Part shown: positions 55,707 through 64,000 of the stretch, piece by piece
Layout: every line of letters begins with the position of its first letter
Numbering within the stretch: position 1 is the stretch's first letter
From: an uncultured Candidatus Entotheonella sp.
GTDB taxonomy: Bacteria > Tectomicrobia > Entotheonellia > Entotheonellales > Entotheonellaceae
DNA: 64,000 bases
Direction of reading: 5' to 3'
Assembly: GCA_965215335.1 (NCBI GenBank)
Contig: CBDCDA010000001.1
Coordinates: 1,664,001 to 1,728,000, forward strand
Translations under genes and position numbers: made by a program
The notes under the pieces: generated by a model
Seen by the model: the letters and a program-made list of their open reading frames with translations, nothing else
Database searches by the model: none
What the model was told of the DNA's origin: nothing

Positions 55707-57329
55707 TTACTCGACGCCGTCCAGCGCTTCCAGCAAGGCCCTTGCCTTGGCCTCGGTTTCCGCGTACTCGGCAGACGGCTCCGAATCGAACAGCAGCGTC
55801 GAGCCGACCCGCACGCGCACGTCGTAAGCGGGTGTCGCGCCGCCCGGCCGCCGCACCAGGTGCGCCGTGCGGATGATGATGCCGGTGTCGAGCTGCCCCG
55901 AAAACGTCAGGTAGCCGACGTTGCCGCCGTAGTAACCGCGGCGGCTGTGCTCGTGGTTCTCGATGTATGCCATGGCCGCCGCCTTGGGCGCCCCGGTGAG
56001 GGTGCCGGCGTTGAGGCAGGCGATGAAGGCGTCGAAGGCGGACAGTCCGGCGGACAGTTCGCCCTCCACCTGTGCCACCGTGTGCATCACGCGCGAGTAT
56101 TTTTCGACGAACCGATAGTCCGAGACGCTGACGCCCGGCTCGCACACCCGGCTGACGTCGTTGCGCGCCAGGTCGATGAGCATGTCGAGTTCCGACTTTT
56201 CCTTCTCCGAATTCAGCAGCTGCATCATGTTGTGATAGTCGGTGAGGCTGTCGGTGCCGCGCGGCATGGTGCCGGAGATGGGCCGCTGCTGCACCACGCC
56301 GCCCTCCACCCGCACGAACATCTCGGGCGAGGCGCCGACCAGCGCCTCGTCGCCGTAATCGACGTAGAACTGGTACGGGGACGGATTGATGGCGCGGAAC
56401 CGCCGGTACAACTCCAGGGGGCTGCGGGTGTATTCCCCCATGAAGCTGTGCGACAGGACGACCTCGAAGAACTCCCCCTGCCGCATCTGTTCGCGCGCCT
56501 CGTCGACCGCCGCCATGAAGGCGTCGCGCCCGGTATCCGATTCCAGCTTGTGGGGCAGGCGATGGCGTTCGGGGACGGCTGCCGGGGCCGCCGGTTGCAG
56601 GCCGGACAGCCGCTCGCGCACCAGGTCGGCGGTGGCGGTGGGACTGTCCAGGAAATCGTAGATGGTCAGCGTCGCCCGCTCCTTCAGGTGGTCGTAAAAC
56701 AGCAGCATGTCCGGTATGAATAGCCGAAAATCCTGGGTGGGGCCGGGCTGCAGGCGGTCGGGCAGCGGCTCGAACAGGCGTACAAAATCGTAGGCGAAGG
56801 CGCCGTACAACCCCAGAGAGCGGTCGTCGCAGCGGAAGTGCCGCAGCAGCGTGCGCACAATCTGCGAGATGTTGTTGAGGTGCAGCCGCTCGTCCTCGGC
56901 CACCGGGCGCCGCTCGCAGGGCACGGTGCCGGTGATCGCCCGGTCGCCGCGCCGCAGGTCCTGGCAACAGGCGAAGTCAACGTCCGCGAGGGGCTGCCGC
57001 AGCATGGCCCGGCCGCGTTCGTTCAGAGCGCGAATAGCGAAGGTGTCTTCCTTGCCCTCGACGAGCACCGGCGGGTCGACCACCGCCAGGGAGTAGCGGC
57101 CATAGACGCGCGAGACGTCGACCGACTCGTACAACACGCCCGGCGTGTCGGCATTGAGGTGTTGGTAAAGCTCCAGGGGGGGCAGGTCGTCGCGGCTGAA
57201 GTCGAACGTCAGCGTCAGGCGTCGCAGGTTGCCGCGTCCGTCGCCGTAGGGCAGAACCTCTTCGCTGACCGGCTGCCGCAAGAGCTGGTCGTGTACGTCA
57301 CTGGCCGTCACAGAGGGAGTGCTTGTCAT
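55707..57329 (-). CDS. trpE: Anthranilate synthase component I
   Basis: LYES, GRYS, INPSPY, GASPEMFV, PISGT, KEKSELDMLIDLARND, GTLTGAPK, YYGG. Confidence 0.93.
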   Translation of the reverse strand: MTSTPSVTASDVHDQLLRQPVSEEVLPYGDGRGNLRRLTLTFDFSRDDLPPLELYQHLNADTPGVLYESVDVSRVYGRYSLAVVDPPVLVEGKEDTFAIRALNERGRAMLRQPLADVDFACCQDLRRGDRAITGTVPCERRPVAEDERLHLNNISQIVRTLLRHFRCDDRSLGLYGAFAYDFVRLFEPLPDRLQPGPTQDFRLFIPDMLLFYDHLKERATLTIYDFLDSPTATADLVRERLSGLQPAAPAAVPERHRLPHKLESDTGRDAFMAAVDEAREQMRQGEFFEVVLSHSFMGEYTRSPLELYRRFRAINPSPYQFYVDYGDEALVGASPEMFVRVEGGVVQQRPISGTMPRGTDSLTDYHNMMQLLNSEKEKSELDMLIDLARNDVSRVCEPGVSVSDYRFVEKYSRVMHTVAQVEGELSAGLSAFDAFIACLNAGTLTGAPKAAAMAYIENHEHSRRGYYGGNVGYLTFSGQLDTGIIIRTAHLVRRPGGATPAYDVRVRVGSTLLFDSEPSAEYAETEAKARALLEALDGVE

Positions 57330-57508
57330 GGTGTCGTCTCCACGCGTTGCTGTCGTTGCCATTGCTCGCTGTCTGCCCCGTGCGGATTTCACGTCAGCGC
57401 ACGCCATCGCAGGGAACGCGCTTCTGTCGCACGCGGGCTGTACGTTCGATCAAGTAACGCCGTGCCGGAAAAGGAGCGGAAGAACCCAAACGTCGGGACG
57501 GGGCGGGC

Positions 57509-57628
57509 TTACCAGCGCCGCCAGCGGGAGGTACACCATCGCAAGGCACACGGGGGGCGGGAAGGGGCGAAGCCAGATTCAAGGGAGGCATGGGGGCCTG
57601 TAGCCGGACAGGACGCTCGCAGGCTCAT
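57509..57628 (-). CDS. trpL: Putative trp leader peptide (39 aa, three Trp near the C-terminus)
   Basis: AAGGAG RBS, MSLRASCPATGPHASLESGFAPSRPPCALRWCTSRWRRW*, upstream of trpE. Confidence 0.75.
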   Translation of the reverse strand: MSLRASCPATGPHASLESGFAPSRPPCALRWCTSRWRRW

Positions 57629-57837
57629 GAGACGTTCTCCTTGCGCGGGGTCGCAGACGCGCTGAATACGTGCGGGCGACTATACAGAGGGACATGTATA
57701 CAGAGGGACATGGCGGCTGTCAATCCCGCGGTGCCGGGGGAGCGTGTTTTGACTTTCCGCTTGTCCGCCATGTAAGCTGCACGGCATGGTTGACGCGATT
57801 GATTCCTGAGCCATCCTGACTGGGGAGGACCCGGCCC

Positions 57838-58728
57838 ATGCCACTGGCAACCATGAACGACGGCACGCGCCTGTACTACGAAGCCACCGGCAGCGGCTAC
57901 CCGCTGCTGTTCAGCCACGAGTTCGCCGGCGATTACCGCAGTTGGGAGCCGCAAGTACGTTATTTCGCACGGCGTTACCGGGTGATTACGTACAACGCCC
58001 GCGGCTATCCGCCGTCGGACGTGCCGGCGGACGTCGGCGCCTACTCGCAGGCGCGCGCCATGCACGACGTCGCGCAGCTTCTGGAGGCGTTGCAGGTGCC
58101 GCAGGCGCACGTGATCGGCCTGTCGATGGGCGGCTACGCCACCCTGCATTTCGGCCTCGCCTATCCGCAGATGGCGCGGTCACTGGTCGTGGCGGGATGC
58201 GGCTACGGCTCGGTGGCGGGCGACCGGAAGAGGTTCCAGCAGGACACGGCGCAGGTGGCGCAGCGCATCGAGTGCGACGGCATGCAGGCCATGGCTGCCG
58301 TGTACGCCAAGGGCCCGACGCGGGTACAATTCGAAGACAAGGACCCGCGCGGCTGGCAGGAATTCGCCGATCAACTCGCCGGACATTCGGCCGCCGGCGC
58401 CGCCCTGACGATGCGTGGCGTGCAGGGCCAGCGCCCCTCGGTGTACGAGCTGGAGGCCCGGATGCGGCAGTTGCAGGTGCCCACCCTGGTCGTTACCGGC
58501 GACGAGGACGAGCCATGCCTGGAGCCGGCGCTGTTCATGAAACGCGCCATTCCGACCGCCGGGCTCGTGGTCGTGCCCAAGACCGGCCATACCCTCAACC
58601 TGGAGGAGCCGGAGTCGTTCAACCGTATCGTCAGCGACTTCCTGGCCGCCGTGGAGTCCGGCCAGTGGCAGGCCCGCAACCCGGCCTCGCTGAGCCCCTC
58701 GGCCATTCTGCCCGCCAGGCAACGGTGA
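57838..58728 (+). CDS. Alpha/beta hydrolase
   Basis: HEFAGD, YNARGYPPS, GLSMGG, GDED, GHTLNLEEP. Confidence 0.9.
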   Translation: MPLATMNDGTRLYYEATGSGYPLLFSHEFAGDYRSWEPQVRYFARRYRVITYNARGYPPSDVPADVGAYSQARAMHDVAQLLEALQVPQAHVIGLSMGGYATLHFGLAYPQMARSLVVAGCGYGSVAGDRKRFQQDTAQVAQRIECDGMQAMAAVYAKGPTRVQFEDKDPRGWQEFADQLAGHSAAGAALTMRGVQGQRPSVYELEARMRQLQVPTLVVTGDEDEPCLEPALFMKRAIPTAGLVVVPKTGHTLNLEEPESFNRIVSDFLAAVESGQWQARNPASLSPSAILPARQR

Positions 58729-58738
58729 GGACCGAGGT

Positions 58739-59827
58739 ATGCCCAATTCCAATGCCCAGGACCTGATCGGCGCTGTCGAAAGTCCACCGCTACACACCAG
58801 CGCCGCGGAACCGGACGTCGTCGCCCTGCTTTTCGACGCCCGGGAACCGCCGCCCTTTCCCGAGATGAACATCTTTCCCCTGGAATGGCGGGTCGAGACG
58901 CCGATGCTGCAACAGATCTACAACCAGGCCCGCGCTCCCGGCTGGTCGCCCCACACCCTGCCCTGGGACACCCTCGAGGCCGCCGATTTCTCCCCGGACG
59001 AACGCTACGCCATGGCGTACTGGTTCACCCTGCTGTCGGTGTTCGACGGCTCCGGCCCGGCGGTATTCGCGCGCGCCTTCATCCACACCTGGGAAACGCA
59101 CGAGGAAGACCCGGTACGCAAATGCTTCTTCTCGATCGTGCGGGACGAGGTGAACCACGAAGAAGTCTGCCAGCGCGCCATCCAGACCCTGACGCCCAGC
59201 GGCCCGCTCGGCCACGAACCCGAAACGCCCCTCGGCCGGCTCGCCCGCAACAACGTCAAGTGGTATTACCACAACGGTTGCCGGTACTGGACCGGCTTCA
59301 AGAGCGGGATCACGAAGTTCCAATTGCCGATCCTGTTCGCGTCGTTCCTGATGGGAGAGGTGGCGGCGGCGACGCTGTTCCACAGCATGTACCAGCGCAC
59401 CACGCTGCCGGCGCTCAAGGAGGCGTTCAGGATGATCGGCAAGGACGAGGCGCGCCACATGGCGATCTGCCTGGCCGTGCTGCGCAACTTGTTGCCGCGT
59501 CTGACCGACGAGCAGCGCGCCGTCATCACCCGGCAGGTTCGCGCCGGGTTCGTCTTTCTGTCGGGAATTCTATACGTGCCGCCCACGGACTTCTGGGAGC
59601 TCGGCCCGACCTTCCGGCCGGCGCACCGCATGCTGGAAGAAGCGGCCCGCGCCGCCGGCCTGGGCATCCTGACGGAGGACGAGCGGGCCGAGAACTGGCG
59701 CGCTGCGGTGCTGCGGCTGAAGGGCATCCTGGAGCCGCATGGGGTGGAATTTCCGGCCCTGCCGGAAATCGGCATCGACGGCAAGACCGTGGCCATTGAT
59801 CCGCAGGACATCATCCCGGTGTTTTGA
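58739..59827 (+). CDS. Ferritin-like (di-iron carboxylate) protein
   Basis: Two DExxH motifs (DEVNH, DEARH) plus GEVAA. Confidence 0.75.
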   Translation: MPNSNAQDLIGAVESPPLHTSAAEPDVVALLFDAREPPPFPEMNIFPLEWRVETPMLQQIYNQARAPGWSPHTLPWDTLEAADFSPDERYAMAYWFTLLSVFDGSGPAVFARAFIHTWETHEEDPVRKCFFSIVRDEVNHEEVCQRAIQTLTPSGPLGHEPETPLGRLARNNVKWYYHNGCRYWTGFKSGITKFQLPILFASFLMGEVAAATLFHSMYQRTTLPALKEAFRMIGKDEARHMAICLAVLRNLLPRLTDEQRAVITRQVRAGFVFLSGILYVPPTDFWELGPTFRPAHRMLEEAARAAGLGILTEDERAENWRAAVLRLKGILEPHGVEFPALPEIGIDGKTVAIDPQDIIPVF

Positions 59828-59849
59828 TCCTGCCCGGAGGCGCGTTCGC

Positions 59850-60566
59850 ATGAAACTGTTGGTCTTTCAGCACATCCCGTGCGAGCATCCCGGCTCGTTG
59901 CGGCAGTTCCTCGAGCGTGACGGCGCCGAGTGGGACGTGGTGGAACTGGACGCGAAGGAGCCGATCCCGGAGCTGACGGGCTATGACGCGCTGTGGGTGA
60001 TGGGCGGGCCGATGGACGTCTGGGACGTCGAGGAGCACCCTTGGCTGATATCCGAAAAGGCCGCCATCCGGACCTGGGTGCGTGACCTGCAAAAGCCGTT
60101 TCTGGGGTTTTGTCTGGGGCATCAGCTTCTGGCCGATGCCCTTGGCGGCACCTGCGGACCGCAGGTGCCGCCGGAAATCGGCGTCATGGGCGTTGAATTG
60201 ACCGAAGCAGGCTTGGCCGACCCTTTGTTTTCCGGGCTGACAGCCGAGCAAAAATGCCTGCAATGGCATTCGGTTCGGGTGGCGCAGCCGCCTGCAGGCG
60301 CGATTGTGCTGGCACGGTCGCCGGCGTGTCCCGTTCAGGCAATGCGCGTCGGGTCGAACGCCTGGTCGATGCAGTATCACGTGGAGGTCGAGCCCGACAC
60401 CGTGGCCCATTGGGCGGCCGTTCCCGCCTATCGCGAGGCGCTGGTCAACGTCATGGGCGAGGGCGGCCCGGGAACCCTTTCACAAGGTGCTGCGGACAAC
60501 ATGGAGCGTTTTCTGGCGAGTGCGGCAACGCTCTACGACAACTTCATGCGCCTCGCCAAAACATGA
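59850..60566 (+). CDS. Type 1 glutamine amidotransferase-like protein
   Basis: VFQHIPCEHPG, MGGPM, GFCLGHQ, QWH, QYHVE. Confidence 0.9.
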   Translation: MKLLVFQHIPCEHPGSLRQFLERDGAEWDVVELDAKEPIPELTGYDALWVMGGPMDVWDVEEHPWLISEKAAIRTWVRDLQKPFLGFCLGHQLLADALGGTCGPQVPPEIGVMGVELTEAGLADPLFSGLTAEQKCLQWHSVRVAQPPAGAIVLARSPACPVQAMRVGSNAWSMQYHVEVEPDTVAHWAAVPAYREALVNVMGEGGPGTLSQGAADNMERFLASAATLYDNFMRLAKT

Positions 60567-60571
60567 AGGCG

Positions 60572-60808
60572 TTAGTCGTTGAAGGCGTCCCCTAAACGTT
60601 GCGGCGCTTCCGGCTTGCCGACGATGGAGCCCGTTCCCGTCACCCGGACGGCCTCGCGGGAGAGGACGTCGGTGAAGCAGACTTCCACCGCCGGGTTGGC
60701 GCGCAGGTTAGCCGGTGGGCCAGGCGGGCGCAGATTGCCGAACGCCGGCGTCTCGTCATCGACGATGACGAAAGTGGCCTTGGGCGATACCGAAGGGGTT
60801 CCGTCCAC
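60572..60808 (-). pseudogene. Pyridoxamine-5'-phosphate-oxidase-like FMN-binding fragment
   Basis: DGTPSVSPKATF..ANLRANPAVEVCFTD; both ends missing. Confidence 0.6.
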
Positions 60809-60834
60809 ATTTCCTCAGTCGGCATCGTTCGCCA

Positions 60835-62385
60835 TCAGTTGTTGATCCACTCCTTCATGAACCGCTCGTAGCACTCGCGCGCGCCGGGCATCTTCACCCA
60901 GCCGGCGAGTTGGCGGGCGGTGGCGAGGAGCAGGCGCTCGCGCAGGTGGGTCGAGTTGTTGCAATACTCCTCGAAGGTGGAGTGGGTGATCTTCTGATTG
61001 TGCGGGTCGTCCTGGAATTTGCAGGCGGTGACGGCCACCGTGGCCATGTAGGCTTTGCGGTCGGCGCCGGATTTGAGGTAGGCACTGGCTAGCGCGGTGG
61101 TGCGCGGCACGTCGAGCGCCAGGATCGACTCGTCAAGCTCGGTCAGCAGTTCGCTGGCGGTGCGGCCCGAGAAGTCGAAGGGGGCGATTTCCTGTTCCAT
61201 CACCGGCGTTGACAGTCCGTTGCAGCGCGCCGAATCGTTGACGAAATTCGCCATCAGGTACAGCGCCCGCGGCTGGTATGGGTTGTCGCTGGTGCGGAAC
61301 CAGTAATTGACCACGTTGCAGTAATCGAAGGCGTGCTGCGCATTGGTGAACTGCCGCGGCACCGTGGTTCGCAGGATCAGCTCGGCGGCGCCGACCTGGA
61401 TGGTGTCGCCGAGGCTCTTCAGCGACTTGCCGTTGCGCAAGTGGTCGGTGACCAGGTCCCAGATGGTCTGGCCGTCGGCCGCCATGAGCAGCCGCACCAT
61501 CTCCTCGCTCTCCGCCGGGGTGAGCGGTTCGCAGTTCGTCTGCTTGAGGCTCTTGCCGGCGTCCTCGAAGGCGTCGGTGAGGGTTACGCAGGCGGCGTCG
61601 TAGAGCGCGTAATACAGCGGCCCGATGGCCATGTCCGGCACGCCGATGTAGTACACGCCGTGGGCGCGCTCCCAGCCGATGAACTTGGCCAGGTCCGTCG
61701 TCGCGCGGGCGCGCAGCGCCTTGTGGCCGGTGTTGCGCGCCTTGCGGCCGATGATCGTGTCTTGCAGGTCGATAATGCCGAGAAAGAGTTGCTGATCCCG
61801 CAACAGAGGCCGGGTCTGCTCGTCTGCCGCCAGGCCGAGATAAAGGCCATAGGAGCGTTTCACGTCGCCGCTCATGGTGGCGATCATGTGCTCGTGCAGC
61901 CGTTCTTCGACCGATCCGCTGGTGACGATTGGCTCCTGATCCGCATTCCACACCACCGGGTCCTTGGCCGTGGGCGGTACCTCCAGCCCCTTCATCATGG
62001 CGTAGCGGCCAGGATACTGCCCGAGCAGCTGGTTCCAGATATCGAGACCCGCCGGGATGTACCAGACACTCTGCAGCAGCGGCAGCAGGCGATACGCCTC
62101 CGGCACGAAGCACATGAGGCTCACCGAGGTGCGCAGGCCGAGAATCGTATGGTCGTTGTTGATCAGCGTGATCTGGCCGTCGCGCACGTTGATGTGGCTG
62201 GGCACCTGCACGAAGGGCGCCTCCGCCGCCGTCATCACGCTGAGCGCCTCGCCCACCGAGTGCCCGTGCCGGGCCACCATCTTGAAGAACAGATCGGTGG
62301 TACGGGGTTGATCGCGCTCCAGGATGGCGTTGGTGAGCGCCTCAAAGCTGGGATCCTGGCAAATCTCGTCTCGGGTCAATAGCAT
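60835..62385 (-). CDS. Uncharacterised 516-aa His-motif protein, paralog of 12572-14155
   Basis: RBS GGAGG; motifs NNDH, TGHK, QHAF and DPHNQK. Confidence 0.85.
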   Translation of the reverse strand: MLLTRDEICQDPSFEALTNAILERDQPRTTDLFFKMVARHGHSVGEALSVMTAAEAPFVQVPSHINVRDGQITLINNDHTILGLRTSVSLMCFVPEAYRLLPLLQSVWYIPAGLDIWNQLLGQYPGRYAMMKGLEVPPTAKDPVVWNADQEPIVTSGSVEERLHEHMIATMSGDVKRSYGLYLGLAADEQTRPLLRDQQLFLGIIDLQDTIIGRKARNTGHKALRARATTDLAKFIGWERAHGVYYIGVPDMAIGPLYYALYDAACVTLTDAFEDAGKSLKQTNCEPLTPAESEEMVRLLMAADGQTIWDLVTDHLRNGKSLKSLGDTIQVGAAELILRTTVPRQFTNAQHAFDYCNVVNYWFRTSDNPYQPRALYLMANFVNDSARCNGLSTPVMEQEIAPFDFSGRTASELLTELDESILALDVPRTTALASAYLKSGADRKAYMATVAVTACKFQDDPHNQKITHSTFEEYCNNSTHLRERLLLATARQLAGWVKMPGARECYERFMKEWINN

Positions 62386-62434
62386 CGTTTTCCTCCGAAT
62401 AATCGGGATTGGGTGACGCCCGCAAGCACTGCGC

Positions 62435-62461
62435 GTCGGATTGGCGACAACGTCATCCGAC
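62435..62461. repeat. REP-like palindrome
   Basis: gtcggattggcgacaacgtcatccgac. Confidence 0.5.
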
Positions 62462-62466
62462 GTTCC

Positions 62467-63543
62467 CTAGCCGAGCCGGTCCGCAAGCCCGAGCTCGCCG
62501 GTGATGCCGCGGAACCAGTCGATGACTTCCGGGTGATACGGAATACCCCTCTCAAGGCGCTCGGTTTCTTCTTCGTGCTCCAGCAAGCCGGCGTAGACCA
62601 CGCGGTCGTGCCCCGGCGCCGTTGGCGAATCCAGCAGGCCGCGCAGGTACTCGTCCATGTCCTGCTTGAAGACGGCCACGTCGCCGAAGGCGCTGATCTT
62701 GTACGCCAGAAAGTGGTGGGATGGGTCCTGACGCCGGAACGGCCCGGCGCCGCTGTTGCCGAGAACCCCGCAGAGGATTTCGAGCATCATGGCGAGCGAA
62801 TAGCCCTTGTGGGCGCCGATCTCGCGGGTGCCACCGAGCGGCAGCACCATCCACTCCTGCGGGATGGGGCCTTCGTCCATGATCGGCGTGCCGTCCTTTT
62901 CGCTGATCCAGCCGGGCAGAATCGAGACGCCAAGGCGCTGCGCGAGCTGGATTTTGTTGCCGGCCACGGAACTCATCGAGGCATCGAAAATGAATGGCGC
63001 CTCGCGGCCGGCCGGCGCCGCCACGCCCAGCGGGTTGAGGCCGACCATCGGTTTGGCACCGTGCACCGGCACCAGCGCGAGGCCGCCGGTGGTCATGGCC
63101 AGGCCGATCATGTCGTGCTCCAGAGCCAGGCCGGCGTGATACGCCGCGGCGCCGAAGTGGGCACCGTTGGTCACGGTGACGGCGCCGATGCCGTAGCGCT
63201 CGGCACGCTCGATAGCCATGTTCATGGCCTGCGGACCGATTACCAGGCCGTGGCCGCGGTCCGAATCCATCGTCGCCACGGCGGCGGCTTCGTGCAGGAT
63301 CTTCGGCTCCGGCGTCGGGTTGATGACGCTCTCCCGGAACCACGTGACGTACAGGCGCATCATGTTGGAGACGCCGTGCGACTCGATGCCGCGCAGGTCG
63401 GCGTACATGAGGACGTCAGCCGCCTGCCGCGCATCGGCCTCCGGCATGCCCATCTCCTGAAAGATGGCTTCCACCGTCACCCGCATCTCTTCCTGCGGGA
63501 CGCGCACGGCGACGTCTTCCGGGACGTGAAATCGTTCTAGCAT
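62467..63543 (-). CDS. Ldh_2-family (malate/L-lactate/L-sulfolactate-type) oxidoreductase
   Basis: ADLRGIESHG, HFGAAAY, GLNP, FDASMS, PLGG..HKGYSL. Confidence 0.92.
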   Translation of the reverse strand: MLERFHVPEDVAVRVPQEEMRVTVEAIFQEMGMPEADARQAADVLMYADLRGIESHGVSNMMRLYVTWFRESVINPTPEPKILHEAAAVATMDSDRGHGLVIGPQAMNMAIERAERYGIGAVTVTNGAHFGAAAYHAGLALEHDMIGLAMTTGGLALVPVHGAKPMVGLNPLGVAAPAGREAPFIFDASMSSVAGNKIQLAQRLGVSILPGWISEKDGTPIMDEGPIPQEWMVLPLGGTREIGAHKGYSLAMMLEILCGVLGNSGAGPFRRQDPSHHFLAYKISAFGDVAVFKQDMDEYLRGLLDSPTAPGHDRVVYAGLLEHEEETERLERGIPYHPEVIDWFRGITGELGLADRLG

Positions 63544-63633
63544 CGTGGAGCCTCATGGGGTGCGGGTTGTGAAACGCCGGCGGGTATCGGTCAGCGGCGG
63601 CCCAGAATAGAGGAATCGCCCCCGCGGGTCAAA

Positions 63634-64000
63634 TCAGCGCATCAGTTCGGCCAACGCTCGCCGTTGCGCCTCGGGCAGGGCGGCGAGATAAGCCATGAAG
63701 CGCTCCTCGATCCACGTTGCCCGCACGCCGCCCACGAAATCGCTGACCAGCGCCTTCGAGTGGCCGCCGAAATACCCCGTCGTGATGACGCCAACGTACG
63801 AGCCGTCCGGCGTGAATACGCCGCCGCCGCTCATGCGCCCGGCCGCCGATGCCTGCACGATGAACTGTCTGTCCGCGTCGTACTGCGGGTCGTGCCCGCG
63901 GGCTTCTGCTTCGGAAAGCACCCGGCCCAGCGAATACATCAGCGCCAGATTGCCGACCGCCGGCGCACCCATCAGCAGGACTTCCTGGCCCGCCTGGACG
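63634..64000 (-). CDS. Trypsin-like peptidase-domain protein, C-terminal part (5' end outside window)
   Basis: MSGGGVFTPDGSYVGVI resembles the GxSGG motif. Confidence 0.55.
   Translation of the reverse strand, partial: VQAGQEVLLMGAPAVGNLALMYSLGRVLSEAEARGHDPQYDADRQFIVQASAAGRMSGGGVFTPDGSYVGVITTGYFGGHSKALVSDFVGGVRATWIEERFMAYLAALPEAQRRALAELMR

Noticed and set aside
55072..56967. 631-aa ORF or TrpE-TrpG fusion
   Set aside because: trpE has its own stop at 55707, and trpG starts separately at 55692.

Overview
GC-rich bacterial chromosome segment, probably from a metagenome-assembled genome. The gene content resembles Ca. Tectomicrobia or a deltaproteobacteria-like lineage (inference only). Housekeeping and metabolic genes include coaE, rph, ilvD, a CIRCE-controlled groES-groEL-degP unit, livHMGF-K, a stand-alone nuoB-C-I-D block, iscS/iscU, murU/amgK-like genes, cca, trpE/trpG with a Trp-codon leader peptide, fccAB, phoX and an orphan cbbQ/norQ-VWA pair. 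An apparently intact IS5 sits inside the rph stop codon. A decayed island at tRNA-Pro(TGG) holds an integrase stub, nested IS5 remnants and a dead restriction-modification pair. Further pseudogene debris and REP-like palindromes are scattered through the window. The best candidate for something new is a pair of ~520-aa uncharacterised paralogs (12572-14155, 60835-62385) that share four His motifs resembling the 4-His/carboxy-Lys iron site of questin-oxidase-type enzymes. Other leads are a structured RNA in front of a NYN nuclease, the isolated complex I Q-module with a repeat-bearing NuoB, a compensated double frameshift in ilvD, and two small ORFs missed by the ORF track. All product calls come from motif recognition; no database searches were run.
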